Shown in pieces: positions 13,702 to 23,800 of a stretch of DNA of 64,000 nucleotides. Within the stretch, counting starts at the first letter, position 1. The number at the start of each line of letters is the position of its first letter. The stretch lies in NCBI GenBank assembly GCA_001643675.2, contig LSRY02000026.1, positions 744,001 through 808,000 of the forward strand. Direction: 5' to 3'. The notes under the pieces were generated by a model. The model was not told where the DNA came from and ran no database searches. It was given only the letters and a program-made list of their open reading frames with translations. The stretch comes from Monocercomonoides exilis PA203. Taxonomy: Eukaryota > Protista > Preaxostyla. A program made the position numbers and the translations under genes.

Positions 13702-15399
13702 ATTATGATTTGATTAAATAAAAGATGTGCAGAGAATTGAAGCGAGAGAGGGATAAATAGAGAATCTGCTTGATATGAAAAGAAGATTTATTGTGAAAAG
13801 AGCTGCGCAGTTACGCGAGATACCGATAAATACCGTGACGAAATATTTATATTTATATAATGCAAGGATATTTGTAATAATCGATACATATATTACAGCA
13901 ATGTTTTAATAAAAGGATAATTTCATTACAGTTACAAGATAATTATTTGAAATGAAGCTGTGCATATTCGGGAGAGAGTTACAAAGAATCAAACCGAGTT
14001 GGATCTTGAGATAATGAGAAAAGAGAGAGAATAGAAAGTCGTGCTTTACCACGAGATTAAGAGAGGAGAGAGAGACCGCGTTCAATACCAAGACTATGAG
14101 AGGAGAGATAGCAGAGAACCGCGCTTCGCAGCGAGATGATAATAGAGATAGAAATCTCTGAAAATCGATTGGCTTTGCAAAGGAAATACTGACAAGCTGT
14201 ATTACGAAACAATATTAAAACTGAATAAGTGAAATATCATTAATTTATAATTCTAAATGATACGTTTCATTATAAGAGAAATTATCACATAAGGGAAACC
14301 GCTAAATATTACTGGACTGAGAGAAAAAAGAAATTTGTAGATTGTCGCGAGATAATAGTGGAGCAACAAAAAACTGATGATCGAAAGAGTTAATATGAAG
14401 AGAGAACCGAGTTTGCTTTGAGAAAAGGAGAGAAAGAAACTGAGAGAAATGGCGATTTGATAATACTATAAGAAACAGTGCATAATTACGAGATATGGGC
14501 AGATATAGAAACAGCGAAACTTTTCCAGAAGATTGAAGAAGTGAAATCCGCGAAGAATCGCGAGGAGATGATAGAGCAGGTGACTGCGGAAGACCGCGAG
14601 AGGCGGATACAGAAAAAAAAAAGCTGAATAGTGCAGCTGAAATATATCAAAGAAGTCTTCGCATATCTCAGCAAAAATGCCGATAGACGCACTCAGCCAG
14701 ACTTAGAAGAAGCGGGACTATGCACTGAGAGTGTAAAAAGTCGCAGAGACATGTCAAACATTAGCACCGAGAAGACTAGATATTATTGAAGACACCATTG
14801 CTCCGGTGCCCAGCGGAATTATTTGTAAACTATCCTCTTTAAAAAGGAAGAGAAAGATAGAATTGTTTATTTACGAGATTGAACTAGTCCATTATTGAGG
14901 AACATCGGATTGATCTCTAAAGAGGTGAGAAATGATGACTAGAATTTTCCCCCATGAAAAATAATTAGTGTTAGACTGGAGAGGAAAATATATAAGAAGG
15001 AAATCTTTTCAAGCATGGAGAGAATACGTTGGAGCGAAGGACATATCAGCAGTAATATTGAGTAACCCAAATAGTGAAAGTGATTCAGGGAGAGCTCTGC
15101 GAAGATTTTCAATTCTTGAACAAGCAAAGTTCTGGTGATACTGACCCCCTCATTGAAAAAGATGCCAAGTGAATTATGGCAGAATTTATTGGGAACCAAT
15201 CGAATACGTATTTTTCAAGTGGAGAGATCAATAAAGCTGAACGAAAAGTATTCGAGTCTATTAACATTTTCAGAGAATTTGAGACGAATGAGAAGATATT
15301 GATTCTTCTCCTAAACTCACGTTAGAGATATGCCGAGAAGTGGAAAACAATATTGATCAATGCAGGAATTAACAATTTTAACAAAATGTGGAAGACACC

Positions 15400-15900
15400 A
15401 CATTTAGCTCAATAGACACGCAAGCATCACAGAGGAGAGCCCCTATCCTCACAGAAATTTTGTAGCGTTTGAGCCAGCTGAGCTGGAGAGATTGAGAAGG
15501 TAGTGTTCTATATTGAAAGAGAATGCAGCATTAATAGAAGTGCAGATAAAGATAACATTAAGGAAGACAATAAAATCGATATTAACAAACATTCAAACTC
15601 ACTCATCGATACAGAAGAAACGCTCCAACGTGAGTTGGATTTTTCCAGGATTATTTAAAAAGATGAACACGTGCGGTTGAAATTAAGGAAGGTGAGCCTG
15701 CAAATATGCAGAGAATAAAAGAAGAGTTAGAAGCTATTCAAAAAGAGTATGAAATACACGATCATTTGACCGCGCTCTCGATTATACATAAAGTTATAAT
15801 ACACATATCAAAAAGAAAATGTTGAGATTGGAAAGCGAGAAAGATACACGCAAGAGGGGAGCAAGGATCAAGAGTGGACAGAAAATTTAAAACATTTTTC
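15400..15900 (+). pseudogene. Tyrosine recombinase remnant
   Basis: Broken frames QRRAPILT..FVAFEPAELERL, ALIEVQIK and HLTALSIIH align with LTMLFTACRFTELERV, IYLDTRLK and HFTPYSIK of the YR at 30874. Confidence 0.55.
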
Positions 15901-16519
15901 TTGTTCAAGATATGAAATGGATCCTGTTGACGATCGACTTTCAAGAACCCCCTCGTGGAGAAAGAGAAAAGTGGGATATAAATAGAGGAAGGAAGGATAT
16001 GAGAATCGAGAAAGCAAATTCAGAGATAAAAGATAGCATTGAAAAGACATCAGAAGCTGGGGGAGAAGAAGATATGAGAAAAGGAAAGAAGTTAAAGAGA
16101 CTGGACTTATTGAGTTGGGAAGAGAGAAAACAAAGAGAAAGAACTCAATCACAACACAACTTATTCCGATCACTCGAGTGTCGGAGAACATCCATCATAA
16201 TTCCCAGCAGCGGAAGCGAACTGACTGGAAGCAGACACACTGCCTCACAGAGAAAGAAGGGCACAGACCGGAGGAAGAATGGAGAAAGAAGTCAAGGTTA
16301 TATTATAAAGAACTCAAGAGGAACGAATTCCCGGTCGAGAACACCTCGGAAACACCTCAAGATATAAAGGGAGTAGAGACAATGGCCGCACCTTCATCCG
16401 CAGGCTCTCAACACATCTGCCGCACGATGACGTGCTAGGCAGGAGGGTTTAAGATCATTATATATAAATAAATAAATATAAAATTAAGTAAGAATAAATA
16501 TTTAAAAAGGGATTTCAAA

Positions 16520-16608
16520 ACTCATTATTGAGGAGCAAACCTGCTCCTTGCGTTCGGATATTCGCTTTATTGCGAATTGATAGAACGCAGTGAGACTGAA
16601 TTTGCTCC
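16520..16608 (+). other. Internal complementary region (ICR) of the DIRS element at 12623-17272
   Basis: actcattattgaggagc...ttattgcgaat|tgatagaacgcagtgagac is complementary to both termini. Confidence 0.9.
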
Positions 16609-17814
16609 GAAATAATACGAACGTGGATGGAGAGACTCAGAGCGGCTGGGTGCGTAAGAGAGAGAAACAGATTAGGAAGATGAAGAGAAAAAGGGAGAGA
16701 TATAGAAGGATAGAGGAAAAGATCAACCGCCCGAAGATATTAATGTGCACCTAGAACCTTTTTTGAGAAACATGGAAACAAATAAAAAGTTCAAGCATGA
16801 TCCTACTCCTTTATAAGATTATTATTGTTTTTACAGAGAAGAATTGAATATTTAATATGCAGTGTGTGATGATTGGGGTTGCTCTGCTGATGCAGCAGAA
16901 GAGCAGGAGGCAGAGCGCATAACATGCAGTTTTCTTTTCCACGCCTCGCGGAAGCGAGAGTGGTTTTTCTTTCTGCTCCGACCAGAATACTCGCCTCACC
17001 GGATCCCTGCACTGACTGCAGGAGAAAGCTCCGAGGGGCAATGTCCCCTGCCCTCTGGTCTTCGTGACCAAGGCAAAAAGGCGAAAAAGGTGGTGAAGTG
17101 AAGCGGACAATTCAAAATACACTTATTTTTGTCTAAATGTTTTTGTCTATATTTTCATCTCGCCCTTTTTCCCACGTCATTTTGGGAGGGCGAAGTTTTC
17201 ACTTAAACCGCCCATAAATCGTGATCAATACTCATTATTGAGGAGCAAATCCTGTCTCACTGCGTTCTATCAAAAAAAAAAACACAGCTTCCAAAATAAA
17301 AACCTTTCAATTTCGAATCAAAATTTAATAAAACAATAATTCATTTGAAAACAAATGATAAGTGATTCGAAGCATATAAAAAAGCAATATCATTCAATTA
17401 AACTCAAAAAATAATCAATAATTTTCAATGACTGGAATTGAAAGGTATTGTGATGCTAAATAATTTTAACATTAAAAATTTCTGAATAAATAAATGTTAT
17501 AATGGAATTTTCAAATTGTTCTCAAACTCACTTATTTTTTTGTAATTCAATTCCGATTCTTTTTCTATGTGTTTTTAACATATGTTTTAAGCTTTTTTCA
17601 TTTCATACCACAATTACTTAAAAAAAGATCTTTCTTCGAACAAAGTTACGATATGAAAAATAATGACCCATTTAATGAACTTAGAAATTATATTTCAATG
17701 AAAAATTAAATGTTTAAAAATGAAGTCAATTAATTGGCTTAATGATTATAATTATTAAAATAAAAAATGAAAAAGGAAATTGCAAGGGAATCTTCTGCGG
17801 GTAGACATAAACAT

Positions 17815-18071
17815 GGGTGATTCTTTTTGAAGTCATAATTTTTCTTTCAAAATTTTCGAATCGAAAATTTTCATTGAACATTCACAAATGAACACTGAAA
17901 AATGAAATGACTTATTGAAGACGTCATCATCTTTATTTCTGCAAAGACATTGGTTTATGAAACAATTGGGATGTATTTAGCATCTGAATTCAAAAATTTT
18001 TTCTAATGACAAAAAAATTTTTGAAAAATATTACACCCCGAAAAAAGTTATGATTTCAAGAATAATCACCC
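17815..18071. mobile_element. 257-bp MITE with GGGTGA termini, ~29-bp imperfect TIRs and 4-bp TSD ACAT
   Basis: gggtgattctttttgaagtcataa ... ttatgatttcaagaataatcaccc; acat at 17811-17814 and 18072-18075. Confidence 0.85.
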
Positions 18072-18120
18072 ACATGGAAAAAATTTATCTATCATCCCAA
18101 CATGGACAATTTCAGAATTT

Positions 18121-18374
18121 GGTGATTATTTTTGAGATCATAACTTTTTTCGGAGTGCTTTATTTCCAAATGTTGTGAGTCTTTGGAAAGATATTTTGCA
18201 TTCAAATGCAAAACACTTTCCAATTGTCTTTTCAACTATTGTCTTTGCAAAAATAAAGATGGAGATGTCTTCGATAAGTCATTTCTTTTTTCAGTGTTCC
18301 TTTTTTAATGGTTATTGGAATTTTTCGGTTCGAAAATATTGAAAGAAAAAATATGATTCAAAAATTATAAATCT
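18121..18374. mobile_element. Diverged inverted second copy of the 257-bp MITE
   Basis: Colinear reverse-complement similarity to 17815-18071 (e.g. gtctttgcaaaaataaagatg; aagtcatttc..tttcagtgttc). Confidence 0.7.
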
Positions 18375-18552
18375 ATTTTACAGAACAGCAGGCTGATTCC
18401 GTGGCCTAAAAGTGGTTTAAAATTGCATTCATGCATTAAATCCAACTTTCAATTAATATTATTGTTGATTATTCAATTATTTTTTATTCAGCTTAATGAT
18501 CACATTACAAAAAATTAACAATGAAAACAAAAGTTGCGAGAAATCAACAGAA

Positions 18553-20187
18553 TGTCAGCAGAATCTCCATAAGGCAATGTTATCATATTTATTCAAACAA
18601 TCAATGAATTTGCTGCAGCGAATTGTGCATATTGTTAATGATGGAGATGTGCTAATGGCTGATGCAAACAACAGCAAAAAATTCAGCATAATTCGAATCA
18701 TGCGTGTGGTGAATGTAGTTTTGCAAAGCAGATTAGTTTTTAAAATTGGAAGCCAGCTGCTATCATTGTAGAAAAAGAGCAAACAGTGCTGGACGAAATT
18801 AAAACAGAATCACTGTCTGGAGCAAGCTTAACCATCTATAAAACGCGTGAACTGGTTTGCCAAAATATTCTTTGAAATGAATTAATAAATATTTCTAAGA
18901 TTGAAAATATTGTTAATGATTTAAAACCAGAAAGCACGCCAGATGTTAATGTTTCTGCTTCCATTTCCTACTATTTCATCAAAAGATATCCCGAGCTGAA
19001 GACTTCAAAGCCAAAAATTGTTGAAGCAAGCATGCTTTCCGTATCACGCCAACAAGTTCTAAAGCCCTTGTATGATATGTTCTATGGATTTCATCAAACA
19101 AATAATTTCAACAATGCCCTTATCTACAATGTGGACGAGTCAACACTCAGGGTTTCCAACAGCTCCAATCGGAATGTTGTTCATCCTGATTATACAAAAC
19201 AAAATTTTGAAAAATCCGCTGGGCGAATGGCGAATTCCATGTTGATTGTAGAGGTTGCAGTTGATGGTCAATCACTTCCTTTTGTGATTCTGTGGTCGAG
19301 TCTCAAACTTTTTGATGACTTGAAACTTCTTCAGTCTTCAAATCTTGAGATTTGGCCGAACAAATGCGGATGGATGGAATCTTCGACGTTCAGAAAATAT
19401 GCGCTAACAATTCTCCTCTCTTCTGTCAAAGAAAGAAGGCAACGCATATCACTCGACGAATCCCACTGCTTGCTTCTAATCAACTCCAACGTTTCTCGAG
19501 CAGACCAAACAATCTGGCGAGAGTTCAGAAAAGAAAATGTGGATGTTGTGACATTCGTCCCTCGCAGCACACACGCCTGCCGTCCACTGGACCGAGGCGT
19601 ATTTGCTGTTCTGAAGTCTGAGATAAGTTCACAGTATGAAGCACTTTCATTTTCGTCTTCAGAAGCGAAGAGTTCATCTCTGGTGGAAGCTCTCCAGCAT
19701 TCAATTCATTAATCGCTATCACCTTCAGTCATCAAAAGAGCTTTCAAATGTGGAGGAATGTTGAAAGACTCGTCTGGGCCAGTTCTGATGAAGCTTCCTC
19801 TATCATCGACTTATCCTCTTCATTCACATAAAATACGATTTGACTTCTACGGTAAAGAAATAACAGGAAAAAACGTGCCAAATGAGTGGAATGACTGTTT
19901 GAAAAAGAAAAGTGAAATGGAAAATGAAAAAGAGAACATTTTGGATTAAGAAAATGATGAAACAACGAATTTCACAAAAAAAGTCGAAAAGAAAGTTTAA
20001 AATACTTCAAGATGAGAACGATATTGCTACAGAATCATCTGATGAAACTGAGAAATGATAAGGTGAAAGAAAAAACATTCGCAGATAAGATTAAAGTTTT
20101 GTATTTTTTTGAATTTTTTATGGAATTTTTCATTTCGAAATATTTGGGAACTAATAAAAAAAAGGGTACTTATTAAAATATGACCCC
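18553..20187 (+). mobile_element. pogo/Fot1-like (DDE_1) transposon pseudogene with a spliceosomal intron at 18855-18899
   Basis: Motifs IYNVDES, GWM, FVPRSTHACRPLDRGVF. Frameshift near 18750, in-frame TAA at 19710-19712, second catalytic D changed to N. The 3' end ...tatgacccc is homologous to the terminus of the 60370 element. Left end not located. Confidence 0.85.
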
Positions 20188-20834
20188 ATCAAAAAAAATA
20201 AAACATGTTGTGTTTATCAAAATGCTGAAAGAATAAATATTTTGGATCTTTTAATGAAGCAGGCACAAATAAAAACTTGTGGCTAACAATTTTTTTTCTG
20301 AATAAGTTGTTACATATCTATGCTTATTATCTTTCAAAATTTGTGTTTCAAAAATTATTCTTTATTGAAAGAAATAAATCCATTAATGTTGACGTTCTTC
20401 TAATAAAAACAATCACGAATAATTGGATATAAAAGGACTACTTTTTTTCCAAGGAGCAAAAGTGAATGACAGATGAGTGATGATAATAATATTATTTTGA
20501 AAAAAAAAAAAAACAACAATAACAAAAACTAATATATTCATCATGGCTCGATAACTGCTTCAACGATGAAAATAGTGCATGGCGTTGAGCCAGAAACAAT
20601 AATAAATAATTAAACTTAAAAATAAAAAAGCTAAAGAAAAGATAACTTAAAAAGGAAAAATTCAAAATATCGCTTTTTTTGTTGCAACAAACAAGCATGT
20701 AAATAAAAAATACATAACATCAGCTTAACTGGTTTAACTTATGAATAAAATCAAAAAAGAAAAATAATAAGCATGTAACTTTTCTTTGTCAATATGCATC
20801 AACAACAAAAACTGACTGCATTCTTCCATTTTTT

Positions 20835-23800
20835 TCAGTTATTCCGAGATCTTCTCTTCCTGACTACTACAATTGCAAAAATCACAACAACCACCACAAT
20901 CACCACAACCACAATTGGAACAACAATAGCAACCACAGTTCCTGCACTTGACTTCTTCTTCTTTTCTGGTTCAGGCTCATCTTTCGGTTCTTTGTGCTTT
21001 AGGTATTTCTCATACACATCTTCAAGATTGTCACCTTCTTTTTTTGCTCCCACAATCCATCCTTTATTACCATCGTTGTAATCCTTCGCAAACTCAAAGG
21101 AGTCTTTCTGTTGGCTGAACTTATCAAAGTCTTCCGCAATGATGCACAAAGATGCCACAGATGAATCTTTCCCTTTGTTGTCACCTAACTCAAGTTTGCC
21201 TTCACCTGGAAGTTTCAAATTATCAACAGCATCTTTCACTTCAATGAGAATAGCTCCTGCCTTTCCACTTGCTGCTTCGCACGATTTGAATGAACATTTC
21301 TTTTCTCGTCCCATTTCCACTTTTGAATTATCATCTTCCATCTTGATCAATACACCTGCGCATAATCCGTTCGCTGATTTCACTTCTTTCATGGTCAGCC
21401 CTTCTATTTGAACACTCGAAGCTTTTTCAACTTCATCTTCAATGCTAATAGCTGCTCCATCTGTCACACTCACTTTATTGATCTCAACTGTATCAAGTTT
21501 GACTGAAGAAGCACCATCAATCACAAACAATGATTCCAGGAATTTCACTTCATTATCTCCCTTGCATTCGATATCTTTCATTGAAAGTACTCCTTCAGTC
21601 ACTTTCACAAGATGGATTTTAGCCATTTCTTCATCATTTCTTGGTGCATCTGGCTCTGGTCTCACAAATTTGCAGTTCACGAAACTCAGCTTAGCATCTG
21701 CACCGCCTGCAACAATCAGTGAGGATGTGTCAGTATTTGATTTCTCAGGTGCATCCAATGACAATGGGAACAAGAAGGAAATTCCTCTGAACTCAACTTC
21801 ACTCTTGCATGTGAACAAATGACTTTCTGATTCAACATTGCAATCAAGAGTAACTTCTGTCTCAATTTCTTTTTCTGTTTCTTCTCCATTTGTTTTGGTT
21901 ACACCAACAATCGTTATCAATGAAAATTTGTCAAATGAAACAGCTTCAGCTTTGATTGGTTCATTCGTTTTGATGATGTTGATCTTGAAGTTTTCTCCTC
22001 CAACACCAACTCCAAACAATTTGTATGCTGAATCCAGTTTTTTCTTTGGCGTTTCATAGCTCAATCCATCTTGGCTATCATCTGTTGCTCCTTCACTGAC
22101 ATATACATTTGTGTTCGGATCAAAATACACAACTGTGAAATCAACTTCATTTTCATTATCTGCTCCTTTTGCAATAACAAAGCATTTATTTGTTCCTTTC
22201 TTGTAGTTGGCTGCAAAGCTTTGCTTCATCGCTTTTGCAATGTCTCTATGAATGTTTGCTGACACATCCAAATATAATGCTGTGTTCTTTTCAGCATTCG
22301 ATTTTTGATCTGCCTCTCCTGTCTTGCACTCTGAAAATACTAAATTATCTCCTGTTTCTGGCCATGTCAGTTTATCTGCTTTTGTTATTCCTGTCATTTC
22401 CAGACATATTGCTCCTGCTTTCCCTTTTGAACATGTGCATTTTTCAAATGTTGTTTTCCCAGTGTTTCCAATGGAGAATGTGCTTTCTGCATGTTCGCTC
22501 TTCACATAAAGTGCTCCACATGTTTCTGTTGATATATCTTCCGATTTGCATTCTGTGAATGTGCAATTATCTAATGTGACCTCGACTTTATTTGTACTTG
22601 TGATTTTCATTACAGCACTTCCCTTAGATGTGATCTTCTTCAGATTCAATGATGTCAATGAAACAGCCGTGACTGCTGTTGTTGTTCCATCAACCAAAAA
22701 TGGTGCTTCTGAAAATTTCACTTCGTTCTCCGAAGTGCATTCGATCTTATTCATTGTCAATGTTCCTGCACTCACTTTCACAAGATGAGATTTCACTTCT
22801 TCCTCTTCATTTGAAAGCATCCCACCTGAATGAGCAGCTGCAGTTGGTCTCTTAAAATCACAATTGTCAATTGTTAGAGATGTTGATTCTGTATCAGCAT
22901 GAATCAAGGCATATGTGCTTGAACTATCTTTCTGTTCATTTGCGACTAGTTCAGATGTTGATTTGAAATCAAACACCAAATTCTTAAATGTTACAATATT
23001 CTTACATGTGAACAGATCGCTTTCAGAAATATTGCTGCAATCAATCTCTACTTTTGTGTCAGCTTCGTCAGCAGTTTCCTCTGCTTCTTCCACTCCTTCT
23101 ATTGTAATTCCTGTCTCTTTTGATAATGTGACAGCGTCCGCTGTAACTTCTTGGCCAGATTCTTCTCCTTTTTTTAATATTTTGATGGAAAATTCTCCTG
23201 GACCTTTTGATTTATCTAATAATTCATAAGCTTTTTCAATTTTTCCAAATGGTTTTTCTTTTGTTCCATCAGCTGTGCTATCATCTCCTCCACTTTTAAC
23301 ATATGCCTCATGTGGATCAAAATATATTGCAGTGAAATCAATATCTTCACCACTTGTTCCCTTTGCTGCAACAAACCGGTCATTTGTTCCTTCCACATAA
23401 TATTTGGCAAATTTCTCTTTCATTGAATTAGCAATTTCCTTGAACTTATCGTCAGACACTTCCAAATACAAAAACGTCTGTTTATCTGATCCAGCTTTGC
23501 ACCCATTAACTGTCAAGTTTTCTTCCGCAGGCCATGTCAGTTTTTCTGCACTATCAATTTTCGGCATCTTCAGATATATCCCACCTGATTTCCCATTGGC
23601 ACATTCACACGAAGAAAATGTTGTTTTTGCACCTGAGAATCGTGAATTCTCTGAAATATCAAATTTACTATCTGTTCCATCACTTTCAACATACAACGCT
23701 CCACTTGTGGCATTAGTCTCTACTGTTGATTTGCAATTGATAAATGTGCATCCATGGACATTGACTTCTATCTTCTCACTTGTTTTTCCCACAACCTTCA

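Larger units (their letters stand above)
12623..17272 (+). mobile_element. Non-autonomous or degenerate DIRS-type tyrosine-recombinase retroelement (ITR + ICR)
   Basis: Left ITR 12623-12708 and right ITR 17202-17272 share an inverted core (ttgctcctcaataatgagtattg..gatttatgggcggtttaag). The ICR at 16520-16608 is the reverse complement of the left terminus joined to that of the right terminus. YR remnants are present. Confidence 0.9.
6957..17669. mobile_element. 10.7-kb non-autonomous TIR element carrying gene-fragment cargo (Pack-type); ~396-bp TIRs; 4-bp TSD ATTT
   Basis: 6957-7352 is the reverse complement of ~17273-17669, with no mismatch seen by eye. Ends are GGGTCA...TGACCC; ATTT at 6953-6956 and 17670-17673. 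Confidence 0.85.

Noticed and set aside
13005-14605. CRISPR array interpretation of the motif-spacer pattern
   Set aside because: Repeats are degenerate, spacer lengths vary widely, there are no cas genes, and the context is a eukaryotic retroelement.
6957-17669. Polinton/Maverick or virophage, suggested by long TIRs and ~10-kb size
   Set aside because: No pPolB, integrase, ATPase or capsid ORFs, and the TSD is 4 bp rather than 6 bp.
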